DNA from: the human T2T-CHM13v2.0 reference genome, Homo sapiens
Assembly (NCBI RefSeq): GCF_009914755.1
Contig: NC_060933.1
Length of the DNA stretch: 64,000 nucleotides
Direction: 5' to 3' (one strand)
In this document: positions 1 to 17,005 of the stretch, piece by piece
How the letters are laid out: each line of letters opens with the position of its first letter
How positions within the stretch are numbered: the stretch's first letter is position 1
Position numbers and translations under genes: made by a program
The notes under the pieces: model-generated
The model's input: only the letters and a program-made list of their open reading frames with translations
Databases searched by the model: none
What the model was told of the DNA's origin: nothing

Positions 1-1127
1 CTTTTTTCCAATAGCAAAAATAAAAAAAAAAAAACCTTTTGTTTCAAGCTAATGTCTCTATCACAATTTATGATATTGACTTTGAAACTCAAAAGCTAAG
101 TATTGTCTCTTCATTTCTCTCTGCTGTAACAGCTCTACCCCGAACTGGGGAATGTGGGAGAAGAAGGATCGGAGCAGTGGGACATGTCAGCCAAAGAAGC
201 ATGGGTTAATGTTTCAAAATATAATCTGATACCCATATACGTACTGGCAGGCAAAATCATTCATTTCTGGATGTCGTCAGTCTTGCCCCAAGCCCTTGTT
301 TAGTGAAAAGGATGACGGGTTGACCTACTCCATCTACTTCTTCACTGCCTTTTTACCTCCACCCCACCCCAATGAAGGTCCTGCAATGACACACTGACTC
401 TCAGGCTTTCATAATGGAGAATCTGGATGAAAAGAAGAAAAGAGGAACCTGAGAGGCACTTAAAAGGAAGAGTTGGAGAGGTTGAAGAATTGAGTTGAGG
501 AAAGCAACTACACCATGTGATGCTAGTGTTCAGAGCAGAGAAAAAGGGAATTTCAACAAATATTGCTAGAAATAGTGAATCTTTTATAGTGCTCAAGAGA
601 TACAGCTAAAGAACTTGAGTTACTTCTAAATTGCTTTTGATTACCTGGATTATGTTCTTTTGACCGCAACTTCACTCTAGGACTGAACCACATGAATCAC
701 ATCATGTTAGCATTCTCTGTTTCTCCTTTCTCACTTCTCTCTCTTCCTTCTGACATCTCTTTTTCTTCCTATGCTTCTCACTAGGGCACTGCTTTTTAAG
801 GTGAGTTTTTATGGACTTACAGACTGTAAGAGCTGAGGTATTAACATATCCACAGGTTTAGACCATGAAGATGAAAGAAAGGCATTATCTCAGATATCTG
901 TATTTGGCCTTAAAATTTGGCTTTGGAGTATTGTATGTCATATATTGTATGGTACATATTACAATCCTAATTAGTGTTGCCAAGTCTTTATTCCACTTCA
1001 TTCTCTCTGCCAAGAACCTACACACTCTAAGGGCCACCCTTGTCCTGAACTTGCTTCCAAACCAAGCCCAATATTGGCCAGCATCATCAGCAGCCCTTCT
1101 CCTTTGATTGCATGTTTGCATTACAAT

Positions 1128-1576
1128 TTACATTAGATTCCTAGGACTGCCTTCACAAATGATCACAAACTGGATGGCTTAAAACATTACAAATTTTCTC
1201 TTCCACAGTTCTGGAAGCTAGAAATCCAAAATCAAGGCTTCAGTAAAGCCCTGCTCCCTCTGAAGGCTTTGGAGAAGCATCCTTCCTTGGCTCTTCCTAG
1301 CTTCAGGTGATGGCCAGCAATTCTTGGTGTTCCTTAGCTTGTAGCTGCAGCACTCCAATTTCTGCCTGTGTCTTGACATGGCCTTTTTTTCCCCTCTGTG
1401 TGTGTTTCCACTATATCTCTGTGTCTCATCTTATAAGCACACCAGTGACTGGATTTATAGTCATCCAGTATTACCTCATCTGCAAGTTGCATCTGCAAGT
1501 ATCCTATTACCAAAAAAGGTCAAATATCAAGGTTCCAGGCAGATATAAATTTGGGGGCACACTACTCAGTACCCAA
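1128..1576 (-). mobile_element. MaLR solo LTR, MLT1C/MLT1B-like
   Basis: Typical MLT1 motifs: cacaaactggatggcttaaaaca, cacagttctggaagctagaaatccaaaatcaagg, tcttataagcacaccagt. Confidence 0.75.
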
Positions 1577-2462
1577 TTTAATGTCATGCAATAAGCACTT
1601 CCTTTCTCCTTTACCTGTAGATTCCACACCAGCCCCAGGCTCCCAGCTCCATTGAATCTGTGGTCAAGAACAGACATGGGAGTTAGGTTTGCACACTGCC
1701 TGTCTGGACCCTGCTGTTAAAATCCAGCTTCCTCTGGTACTTCAGCTTTATCTTTCCAGAGAGGCATTCACCCTACAGGCTGTGGGACCATGTTTTGGCA
1801 CAGTGTTGAAACCACTTACCTTGGCAGTAATGAGGTTAAAACCTCTCTGAGTAGCTAGATATCCAGACAGGGCACATCAACTCTGAGGCATAATCTAGTT
1901 TATCCTTTTATGAAGCACTTCAGAGAATGTGGCCAGATTTGCTTAACAATGCTTTAAATGTTTCTGTGGTACTAGTAAAGAAAGAACCAAATTTGGGAGA
2001 GTCAGTATGACTTATTGTTATCTTTCTGTGTTTGTGCTGCCTTGTATGCAGATTTATGAAACTAGATTGAACTCTGAGGCAAAGCCAGAAAGAAAAAAAC
2101 TAGAAAAAAAAGCAAAGGAAATTATATCTTGCTGTATTGGCCCCTGAATGGAAAAGTGGAAATAAATCAAAGTTTTCTAAATTAATTTACAAATCAAAAA
2201 TAGAAGATCAATGCCCTTAGCATTTATTTATATATATTGATCCACCTCCTATATATATGAATGTGGCTGCAAATGTCTAGCTGCTGCCTTGAGGTTCCTT
2301 TACCACTGAGTATCAACATAGCATGGCGTGGGGCCTATATTGTTGATATTTTGTGTTGATGGCTGCTTTGGCAATTCATTGGGAAGGCTGTGGTGCCCAA
2401 AATAATCTTGGCTGGATGGTAACTACAATCAGGCATTAGGGAGCAGTCTCATAAATTTAAGG

Positions 2463-2815
2463 CAGGGATTGTAAAATATAATGTCTTTTAGGGGCCAAAC
2501 AGGTAACAAATAAAAGAGTTAGGGTGGGTAAGGACTATGGCCACCAGAGATCCTGGGTCTTAGCTAATTAGAAAAGCTATTTATTTTCAGTGACTGTCAC
2601 CCTATCAGTGACTATCACCCTATCAGTGTCACCCCATCAGAATGTGAGTTTCAGTGCCAGTAGAGCCAGATATTAAAATTCTTTTTTTTAAATCCCAACT
2701 TTTATGTAAAATTCCTGTATTTTCAGATGTAGATGTCATTGAAATTCTTTAAAAACACAGTCCAGGTAAAATAATAATAGCACTAATCCGTACTCCTGGC
2801 TTCTGCAAGCATCTA
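2463..2815. mobile_element. hAT-Charlie non-autonomous DNA transposon, MER102-like
   Basis: Start cagggattgtaaaa...aggggccaaacaggtaaca and internal ttttatgtaaaattcctg resemble the MER102 consensus as I recall it. Confidence 0.45.
2587..2640. repeat. Short tandem repeat, ~18-bp unit x3
   Basis: tcagtgactgtcacccta / tcagtgactatcacccta / tcagtgtcacccca / tcag, seen directly. Confidence 0.85.
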
Positions 2816-3184
2816 CTGATTTACTCTCTCAAAATTAAAGGGAAAATAACCTTTGCTGGAGGAACAAGAACAGCTTTTTATTTTTAACCTTATCATTAAC
2901 AATAGGTCTGCATTTTAGACAGGAGACAGGTTGTACTCACAGCTCTGACACTAATGAATTCAAAACCCTTGAGCAAGAAGTTATTTTCATTGTTGGGACA
3001 TCAGTTGCTTTATGTTAGACCAGAGGATCTCTGAGTGTTTCAGAGATATGCTCTATTTATCCTGTGATTCTGTGACTAAGCCCCTCGAAGACAGCCAGTA
3101 AGTCTCTTTTCCCATAGTACCTGGCACTCCATCAGCACTCAGTGAGTATTGTTCAATGTAGAACTAAGTTAGGAAGTGAATTAA

Positions 3185-3305
3185 ATTACCTCCACTTTCA
3201 AGATGAGTCAACTGACTGAGTCCCAGAAAGGTTAAGTGACATGTCTGGGTCCCTATCATTAATAAAGAAAGAGCCAGGACAGGGAACCTTGGTCTTTCTG
3301 CTCAT
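3185..3305 (-). mobile_element. MIR fragment
   Basis: MIR core-like agatgag...ctgagtcccagaaaggttaagtgac. Confidence 0.55.
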
Positions 3306-3854
3306 AAAATAGTAAAAGGAAAAGCCTAGAACATTGAACATGGTCCTTCTGCATTATTTTGCTAGAAGTTCAGCTTGGTTTAATTGCTTGCTACTGATCA
3401 CTTTTTTTCCAATTTTGAAAGTTACCAAGTTATAATTTACATGGAGGAAAAATCCACCCTATTTTTAGTGTAGATTTCTGCAGTTTTGAAAACATGATCA
3501 TGCAGCCACAACCAAAATCAGATACAAAGCATTCCCATCAAAATTATAAACATATTAGCTACACTTAATTGTCCTACAGCTGATGGTTATTATTTTTCAG
3601 ATATTTTCCTCTCTGTATTTCTTTTTTTTTTAAACTTCTTTTCTTTTCTATTATACTTTAAGTTTTAGGGTACATGTGCACAATGTGCAGGTTAGTTACA
3701 TATGTATACATGTGCCATGCTGGTGCGCTGCACCCACTAACTCGTCATCTAGCATTAGGTATATCTCCTAAAGCTATCCCTCCCCCCTTCCCCCACCCCA
3801 CAACAGTCCCCAGAGTGTGATGTTCCCCTTCCTGTGTCCATGTGTTCTCACTGT

Positions 3855-7677
<3,823 letters not shown>

Positions 7678-7740
7678 TATGATGTTAGCTGGTTATTTTG
7701 CTCATTAGTTGATGCAGTTTCTTCCTAGCCTTGATGGTCT

Positions 7741-8757
7741 TTACAATTTGGCATGATTTTACAGTGGCTGGTACAGGTTGTTCCTTTCCATGTTTAGTGC
7801 TTCCTTCAGGAGCTCTTTTAGGGCAGGCCTGGTGGTGACAAAATCTCTCAGCATTTGCTTGTCTGTAAAGGATTTTATTTCTCCTTCACTTATGAAGCTT
7901 AGTTTGGCTGGATATGAAATTCTGGGTTGAAAATTCTTTTCTTTAAGAATGTTGAATATTGGCCCCGACTCTCTTCTGGCTTGTAGAGTTTCTGCCAAGA
8001 GATCCGCTGTTAGTCTGATGGGCTTCCCTTTGTGGGTAACCTGACCTTTCTCTCTGGCTGCCCTTAACATTTTTTCCTTCATTTCTACTTTAGTGAATCT
8101 GACAATTATGTGTCTTGGAGTTGCTCTTCTCGAGGAGTATCTTTGTGGCATTCTCTGTATTTCCTGAATCTGCATGTTGGCCTGCCTTGCTAGATTGGGG
8201 AAGTTCTCCTGGATAATATCCTGCAGAGTGTTTTCCACCTTGGTTCCATTCTCCCCATCACTTTCAGGTACACCAATCAGACGTAGATTTGGTCTTTTCA
8301 CATAGTCCCATATTTCTTGGAGGCTTTGTTCATTTCTTTTTATTCTTTTTTCTCTAAACTTCGCTTCTCGCTTCATTTCATTCATTTCATCTTCCATCAC
8401 TGATACCCTTTCTTCCAGTTGATCACATCAACTCCTGAGGCTTCTGCATTCTTCACGTAGTTCTCGAGCCTTGGCTTTCAGCTCCATTGGCTCCTTTAAG
8501 CACTTCTCTGTATTGGTTATTCTAGTTACACATTAGTCTAAATTTTTTTCAAGGTTTTCAACTTCTTTTCCTTTGGTTTGAATTTCCTCCTGTAGCTTAG
8601 AGTAGTTTGATCGTCTGAAGCCTTCTTCTCTCAACTCGTCAAAGTCATTCTCCGTCCAGCTTTGTTCCGTTGCTGGTGAGGTGCTGCGTTCCTTTGGAGG
8701 AGGAGAGGCGCCCTGCTTTTTAGAGTTTCCAGTTTTTCTGCTCTGTTTTTTCCCCAT
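7741..8757 (-). pseudogene. L1 ORF1 (RNA-binding protein), disrupted
   Basis: MGKKQSRKTGNSK at 8757; premature stops at 8533-8535, ~8428-8430 and 7759-7761; REKG and YPAKLS motifs lie in the 213-aa fragment. Confidence 0.95.
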
Positions 8758-8759
8758 CT

Positions 8760-9785
8760 TTGTCGTTTTATTGACTTTTGGTCTTTGATGTTGGTGATGT
8801 ACAGATGGGTTTTTGGTGTGGATATCCTTTCTGTTTGTTAGTTTTCCTTCTAACAGACAGGACCCTCAGCTGCAGGTCTGTTGGAATTTGCTAGAGGTCC
8901 ACTCCAGACCCTGTTTGCCTGAGTACCAGCAGCGGTGGCTGCAGAAGAGTGGATTTCGTGAACCGCGAATGCTGCTGTCTGATTGTTCCTCTGGAAGTTT
9001 TGTCTTAGAGGAGTACCCGGCCGTGTGAGGTGTCAGTCTGCCCCTACTGGGGGGGTGCCTCCCAGTTAGGCTGTTCAGGGGTCAGGGCTCAGGGACCCAC
9101 TTGAGGAGGCAGTCTGCCCGTTCTCAGATCTCCAGCTGCGTGCTGGGAGAACCACTACTCTCTTCAAAGCTGTCAGACAGGGACATTTAAGTCTGCAGAG
9201 TTTACTGCTGTCTTTTAGTTTGTCTGTGCCCTGCCCCCAGAGGTGGAGCCTACAGAGGCAGGCAGGCATCCTTGAGCTGTGGTGGGCTCCACCCAGATCG
9301 AGCTTCCAGGCTGCTTTTTTTACCTAAGCAAGCCTGGGCAATGGCGGGCACCCCTCCTCCAGCCTCACTGCCACCTTGCAGTTTGATCTCAGACTGCTGT
9401 GCTAGCAATCAGCCAGACTCTGTGGGCATAGGACCCTGAGCCAGGTGCAGGATATAATCTCCTGGTGCGCCATTTTTTAAGTCCGTCGGAAAAGCGCAGT
9501 ATTCGGGTGGGAATGACCCGATTTTCCAGGTGCCATCTGTCACCCCTTTCTTTGACTAGGAAAGGGAACTCCCTGACCCCTTGCACTTCCAGAGTGAGGC
9601 AATGCCTCGCCCTGCTTCGGCTCACGCACGGTGTGCTGCACCCACTGTCCTGCGCCCACTGTCTGGCACTCCCTAGTGAGATGAACCTGGTACCTCAGAT
9701 GGAAATGCAGAAATCACCCATCTTCTGCGTCGCTCATGCTGGGAGCTGTAGACCGGAGCTGTTCCTATTCAGCCATCTTGGCTCC
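8760..9785. promoter_or_regulatory. L1 5'UTR internal sense promoter (leftward) and antisense promoter (rightward)
   Basis: Complete CpG-containing primate L1 5'UTR with YY1 motif. Bidirectional promoter activity is established for L1PA 5'UTRs, but activity of this copy is unknown. Confidence 0.7.
9341..9439 (+). pseudogene. L1 antisense ORF0, truncated
   Basis: ATG at 9341 reads MAGTPPPASLPPCSLISDCCASNQPDSVGIGP*, matching the primate ORF0 N-terminus. A 2-nt deletion (ggaccctgag vs ggaccctctgag) creates TGA at 9437-9439. The rest (RHFLSPSEKRSIRVG) is in track ORF 9465..9881. Confidence 0.8.
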
Positions 9786-10147
9786 AGCTGCCTGTATGTC
9801 ATTTTAGATAGTTTCTGCTGTATATCTTCAAATTCACTGCTATTTTCTTCTGTAATATCTAACATCTGTGAAATTAATTAATTCAAGCTTGAAGTTGTTG
9901 GAACTTTAAATTATTCTGAGCCTTAAGAGGCATGTGGCTGTGCAGCCTGAGTCACAAATCATGTAGCTGCAACTTCTGCCTTTTTCTCCTGTAAATAATT
10001 AGGAAGGCCAAATGGTGCTGGAGTTGAGACTTCCTGGGATCATTACCTCACCCCCCATCATGGAGTAATAAAGTAATCTTCCTTATAATGTAGCAATCTG
10101 TAACCAAATTGCTATACCCTGAACCCTGGTCTTAAAAAAAAAAAATT

Positions 10148-10480
<333 letters not shown>

Positions 10481-10481
10481 T

Positions 10482-11752
10482 TAACTAATAAACTGAAGCC
10501 CATGTCAGAGACTCACAACATAGAAAAGAGCAGAGCCAAGGCTACAACCTCCAGAAGACTGACGACGTGGACTGCAATGGGAACATTGTGTTGGGCAGCA
10601 AGGAGTCTGCAGAGAAAGCAAAAGCTGACCTGCGAAAGCACCTAGGCCAGCACGTGTGGACTTCTGGCTGAGAAGTCTGAATCTTTAGCTTCTACTGTCT
10701 GATAAATTTCCTTAAATTTAATATCTTCTATTAATAGTTCTCTTTTTCTGTTCTTTGCCTCACCAAAAACATTTTAATATTCATTTTAGCCTTGGCAAAT
10801 ACAAATCTCACATGTCTCTCATTGGAATCTGGTTATAATCTGCCTCACATGAACGTTTAATAATAGGTGTGTGTAGCCTAGGCTTCTTGTCCTGTCCAAT
10901 ATAGTACTATTCTATCCATATGTTGCTTTTTAAATTGAAAGTTAAATTAATTAGAATTAAATAAAATTTAAAAATTCAGTTCCTTAGTTTCACTAACACA
11001 TGTCAAGTGCTCACCCACTACATGTGACTAGTGGCTATTATATTGGAAAATACTTAGATCCAAGAGCATCTTCATCTTTGCAGAAAGTTCTGTTGGACAG
11101 TGCTGTTCTATGCCTGCAGAACAATCCAAAAATAAATGCAACCAAGAAATCGAGCCTCCTTTACAAGCCCCTTCTTTACTGCAATTTACATTTAGAAAAT
11201 TTGTATAACTTGTTCTGGGACTCTGGTACTGAAAAGCTCATGGCCTGTCCTAATATTCTCTGAATCCCATTGTATCATTTCCAAAAACCTTGTATACACA
11301 TTATCTGATATTCAGCCTCAGAGGAAAGTACTCACCTAAGGATGGTTACTTCCACTCACTATGAGGAAAATTAGATTGAAGAGTTTAATCTAATAACTTA
11401 GATGAAACTCTCTGTCTTGATGACTAAACTGAAGCCCACAGCAGAGAATCATGAGAATCGTGAGTTGTCTGAGACAAGGTACTACTAAGTGGCTAAGCCA
11501 CATAATAGTATTCCAAGTGCAAATAAACCAAACTTTTCATTACAACATGTTTCTCCCTGAATAGAAACCACTGGTGTCATCACATTAGCAATATTATAGG
11601 AGAAAAAAAATCATACCTATGAGGCATAAGAATCTTTTCCCTCATATCTCTGTTAGCAATAGAAGTTTTTTTACTTGTTTCTGCTAAAGATCAATATTTA
11701 TTGATTCAATTCCCTGACTGCTAATAAACTTAAGCATTTTTCTTTAAAAAAA
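10482..11752 (+). pseudogene. Unidentified processed retrocopy or orphan 3' transduction
   Basis: Interrupts the LTR. AATAAA at 11723-11728 is 17 nt before an A-run (11746-11752). Degenerate TSD aaaatttgtctgtct (10467-10481) / aaaatgtttgtct (11749-11761). Confidence 0.7.
10878..11105. mobile_element. MER3 (hAT-Charlie MITE) inside the retrocopy
   Basis: ctgtccaata...taaaaattcagttcc...catgtgactagtggcta...gcagaaagttctgttggacagtgctg. Confidence 0.85.
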
Positions 11753-12570
11753 TGTTTGTCTCTGCTTATATAACTGAAACTTTAACTTCCCCACTCTTGA
11801 ACAGTGACCTCATTCCTTTGGAGTCTATGTTTCTCAGGGCTCATCTTCATGCTTTGTTCTCAAATAAACTCTGAATCAATTTTTCTGAATTTAATTGTTT
11901 AAGTTTGACACATCTTTTTAATCCCATTCTATGCATTTTTCATCTCAGACACTGTGTTTTTCATACCTAGGTGTTCAGCCGGGAACTTTTTCATCTATTC
12001 TAGATTTCTCCTTAACATGCTCATGTATTCCTCTGACTTCTTCAACATATAGGATACAGTTTTAATAACTGGTTCAATATACTTGGTATTAATTCTATCA
12101 CCTCTGTTATTTCCAGGTCAGCTTTGATAAGTTGTTTTTTTCTGCTCATGAATCATACTTTCCTGCTTCTTTGTGTGTCTAATAGATTTAGATGCCAAAT
12201 GTTTTGAATTTTACATGGCTAGGTGTTGAATATTCTTTTTTTTCAATATCCATAAACTTTTTTCTAGCATCCAGATAAGTTACTTGGGAATTCTTGGATC
12301 TTTTTGAGGCTTGCTCTTAAGCTTTGTAAGGTGGGACCGGAAGAGCCTTTGTTCTAGGGCTGATTTTGCTCTGCTATTAGAGGCATAGCCTTCTGAGTAC
12401 TCTACCTAGTGCTCCGTGAGTTACAAGGTTTGTCTGCTCTGACTGGTGGAAACAGGAATGATCCCAGCCCTGTGCGCATTCCAGGGGTTGCTTTACCTTC
12501 TCCTTTTGGGTAGTTCTTTCCCTGAACTCAGGTGGTTTTGTCACATGCATAAGCTAGTTAGCAAGTGGAT

Positions 12571-12663
12571 CTCTCTCTCTCTCTCTCATTCTCTCTCTCT
12601 CTCTCTGTCTCTCTCTCTCTCTCTCTCCCTCCCTCCCTCCCTCCCTCTCCTCTCTCTCTCTCT
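12571..12663. repeat. (CT)n/(CCCT)n microsatellite
   Basis: Seen directly. Confidence 0.95.
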
Positions 12664-14149
12664 GAACCTCCTTTCTCTGGTATGCTAGGCTGTGAATTCG
12701 GAATCTCTCAGCCTTGAAAACTCCCATCTCCACTCCTCAACTCAAGGAGAACTCAAGGCTTTGCCTGGGTTTTCCGTTGCTGTACTGTGGCCTGGAAACA
12801 TTCTACAAGCTATAGGCTGGGGCAATGGTAGGCCTCACTTTATTTATTTCCACTCTCTCAGAGACCACTGTCTTGCACTGTTTGTTATCTAATGTCTGAA
12901 AAACATTTTACAATATATTTTTCTGTTTATTTCACTCTTAAGAGTAGAGGGTGGTGTAGGGTGGAGAGGGAGTATAATCAAGTCCTGTTATTCCATCTTG
13001 TCAGGAAGCAGGCCATAGATCACTTTTTGATTTTACTATTCTCTTGTTCAACCACCTATGAGATGGTTCTTTCAATGTCTTCTTTTGTCCTCTAATAATC
13101 CCCAAGTCAGATTTTCTTCCTTGTCACATCTCCAGTGCTTAAATAAATTGGAAATGATAATAACGTTATTATTTTATTTCTAGTCAATAACCATGGCTAA
13201 TTTACTTTTTCAGTTGATCTTTATTGCTTATACATTACCACGTCAGCTACTACTTCAGTTTATTACTGATTCCTCGCACAAACGCATAACCTCTCAGGGC
13301 CTGCAGACCTGTCAGGATATGGCTGTGTCCTGGAGTCTGAGTTTAATTCCTGATACCACCTCTAGTATCTCCACTGTCCCATTCATCTCTATAGTCTTTA
13401 TATTGTTCACATTCATTTGTATTCATTCAAAAACTGTTATGGAGCTTCCACTTATCTGGTCAGTAAACAAATATTCATTTATATGTTTATAAAAATACAA
13501 CTCTGAAGTCTTTCATTTTTTGCAATATTATAGACTACCTGTACTGAAAATATTATTGTTTCTCAAGACTTGAAAATGCAGAATAAAATTATTTTCCAAA
13601 CACTGTTTTTAACCATAGCTGACCAGCCAATAAAGTAAGAAGAAAAAATCATAGGCTAGATATAAAATAGGTATAATTGCTTCAAAATAAGCTAAAGAGG
13701 CATTAAGGTCTGTATCCCCAGGGTGCTGGAGGCTGGAGGCCACTCTTTTACATATGAGAGGGCTCAAGAAACAAACCTGGAGCTCAAGGAGAAAAGAACA
13801 GGTTAGAAAACACTGCAGAGAGCCAAGACTCATAAGAGTGAGACCTCAAGGAGATGAACTAGCCACAACTCCATTCTGTAGAAGTTTCAGTCTTACTCTT
13901 GGCTCTGGGTGTATCAGGAGAAAAAAGTCTCCTCTGAGAATTCATTACTATAGCCTTCCATCACCTGATATTGAAACATGGATTTAAATGTGAAGACCAA
14001 AGATCCTCAGGCCAAAAATTTAAAGTGTTGCTGATACTTCACAGAAAATATAAATGCAAATGACTCTTTAGCATATGGCAAAATGATACTTTGGTCATAA
14101 TAAAAGCATACTGAGATAATACTTTGCTACTACTAAATGGACAAAAAAT

Positions 14150-14857
14150 ACCAGAGTGCCTCCTTCTCCACTGCTGTTCTGCTGTAGAGAAACAGACATT
14201 CTCATCTATTGCACTTGGTATCACAAAATGCTTCCACCTCAGGGGAGGAGAATATCTAGTACAAAGCATAGGCACTTACTCTTTTACATATCAACCCCAT
14301 GTCTAAGAATCTATTCCAAAGACATATCAGAAAAAAATACAAATTAATCTCAGCACATGGCTAAATATTGCACCTCTATTTGTAATAGCAAGACTGGAAA
14401 CAAGCCACGTGTACATTAAACATTAAATGAATAAATTACTATAATAGAGTACGAGTACATTGAGTGAATATACATTAAAAATTCTGCTATATATGGTTTA
14501 TACTAGAAATATGAAAACTTAAGATGATTGAAAGTAAAACAATAGAAAAAGATACATCAGGCAGATACTGACTACAAGAAGGGAGGAGGAAGTCAACACA
14601 TAAATTTTAGACAAAATAGAATTTGATACCAAAACTAGTATAAGAGATAAAGATCACAGCATGTTAACAAGTGGTTAATTTCACCAAGAAGATATAACAT
14701 TTCTAACTTTGAATACCCTAATACTATAGCTTAGAAAAATATAAAGCAAAAGTTAATAGAACTCAAGGAGAAATTGGCAAATCCACTGGCATAGCAGAAG
14801 ATTTTTAAAACATGCTCAATCATGGCTAGATAAAGCAAAGAAAAATCATAAGGATTG
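14150..14857 (+). mobile_element. Old L1ME fragments (3' end and ORF2 endonuclease region)
   Basis: Degenerate L1 motifs such as ttgaaagtaaaa...gaaaaagatacatcaggc and caaggagaaattggcaaatcc. Confidence 0.6.
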
Positions 14858-16648
14858 TGACAGTCACAGCTACTTTCAGCCTGATATGTGGAGCTTTTTC
14901 CTTTCTTGAAATAAGTACTTGGCTATCCAGAATAAAGACCACATTTCCCAACTTCCCTGATACCCAGGTGTGTTCATGCGACTAAGCTCTTGGTAAAGGA
15001 AAAAATGCAGCAGTGACAAGTACCCCTTCTGGATAATGCCCTTAAAAGGAAAATGTGGTCTGTCCAGGTCCCTCCTGTCTTCCTTCCTGCTAGCTGGAAT
15101 AGATATGTGAAGGTAGGAGTTAGAGATGAACCATGAGATGGAGGCATGTGTCGAGGGGAAGATCAACAAAATAGGAATGTGGGCCCTGGACACTATAAAC
15201 CTCTTGGATTGCTTATGTGATCGCTGCTACATAAGAGGGAAGTAAACTCCTGGCTGGTTTGAGTCTTTGATACAATATCAGTATCATAACACATGCAGAT
15301 TTCAACTCTAGAAGTGGAACTGTAGGAACAGAATCTTGATGGCATGCCCTGGGAAGGTGCACTGTAGGCTCTGAGAATGCAGACACAGCAGGCTGGAATC
15401 TGCAGGCCTGCAGCAAATCATCTGGTAAATCTATCTCCTGAGATATTTTGGCAGGTTTCCCACATGCTGACACAGCCCTCCCTCTCAATTCCTTTATCTT
15501 GAATAACTTCAAGGTAACTGCCAATAGGCTGAAGTAGAGTGGGACTGGCAAAACACAGAGATCATTAATAAAACTCCAGAATTGGAAAACTCTGTTTAGA
15601 TTAGTACTTTCCAACTCTGTCCACATCATGCCCCTATAACATACTATAACCTTTGTGTCACCATAGGCATGCATGAATGAGGCTACTCATGGCCAGTGGT
15701 GACCAGCCTGCATGCTCCAGTCATTTCAAACAGAGGCTAAGGGAAATAATGTCTTGGGTGTATTTGTAACCTGTTTGTGGCTAACCAGTATACCCAGTGC
15801 ACTACTTGGACAGCTCTGTTTGACATAAGATCTTTGGCTGTGGTCACTCTAACATGAAACTGACCAGAAGCCAGCAGTGTAAGACGCCTAAGAGAATTTT
15901 GCCAAAATCCCCACATGTCTAGCCTGCAAAAATCTGTGCTTTTTGACTCCTTTAAGGGGTCAAGCCCCCAAGTCTGGATGAGCAGGAATCGCCAGCAATA
16001 TCATTGCCTCCCGAAGGAGAAAGCATTTTCCAATAGCCATTTCCATGTGACTGCAGGATGTGTAATAGACAGGAAAGCACCTTCTAATGGCAAAGTCAGC
16101 GGACAAAAGACAAAGGAGTTTCTGCCAGAAACATGAAACAATAGGATCCACATGAACTAAGCCAGAATCTTCCTCCACTGCCAGGACAGGAAGTCTCCAC
16201 AAAGCCTGCCCAGAAGCATTAAACTTTTCCTATGGAGAAGTGACTGCTGGATGTCCCCTATGTTCCCTCTTCTTGGGGAGTTTTTATTGTCATTCTCTTA
16301 TTTATCTTCCACTACTGTGTAGGAGGGTGATGAGGGTGGACATATAAGTAGCCTGCATTGATGGGTGGCGGGGTCACATAGCCATACCTCGTGGTGTGAA
16401 CAGGGCATCACTCAGATTCCACACTTCTGCATGGGATTTCAGGGAGGGACTGTGGTCCTTGGAGAGGGAGTGTTGGGTTATATATGGTGAGAGGTGTGTA
16501 TGCATATGTTTGAATAGGTACAGTAGGTAGCAGCCCGGAATTACTGATGCTTACACTATTTTGGAAGAGAGAAATACTTCTACCTTGTGTAAGTCACAGA
16601 TCTGTTGGGCTTTGCTACAGTAGCCTGGTCTATATCTTAAGTACTAGT
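14858..16648 (+). mobile_element. Old MaLR element (MLT1I/J-like LTR, internal region, partial 3' LTR) inserted in L1ME
   Basis: gaataaagaccacatttcccaacttcc...gcgactaagctc LTR motifs and an LTR-end-like segment at ~16570-16645. The host L1 resumes on the right. Confidence 0.5.
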
Positions 16649-17005
16649 AGAGATAGAGCTGATCTGAATAATGCAACCAAAAGCAACAGAAGACTTGCAC
16701 CAAAATAATCATAGCAGCTATTCTAAGACTTGTAAAAAAAAACTGTAAACAATTGATATATTCATCAGAACAGAGTGGATAAATTCATTGTAGTTTATCA
16801 GACAGTAGAATACAAAATGGAAGGGGGAAAAAAAGAAATAAACTACATGAATCAATCATGCCACAAACCTGATGTTGAGTGAAAGAAAATAACAGAAAAA
16901 TACATGCAGGACGATTCTATTTATGTAAAGTTTTAAATAAGGCAAAACAAAATATTTATTGTCTTATGTAATTAATATCACATTCATATGTGATATAACC
17001 ATAGA

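Noticed and set aside
2599-2630. ccctatcagtg(a) resembling a tet operator half-site, twice
   Set aside because: Only 11-12 bp, produced by a local tandem duplication; no full tetO palindrome and no vector context.
11413-11476. C/D-box snoRNA-like layout (TGTC-t-TGATGA...CTGA-GACA, 64 nt)
   Set aside because: No purine before the C box, only 5 nt before the D'-like CTGA, no recognisable rRNA guide, and the paralogous repeat at 10476 lacks the boxes. A snoscan/Rfam hit would reopen it.
15213-15674. 153-aa ORF on the minus strand
   Set aside because: Antisense to a MaLR internal region; no recognisable domain or splice context.
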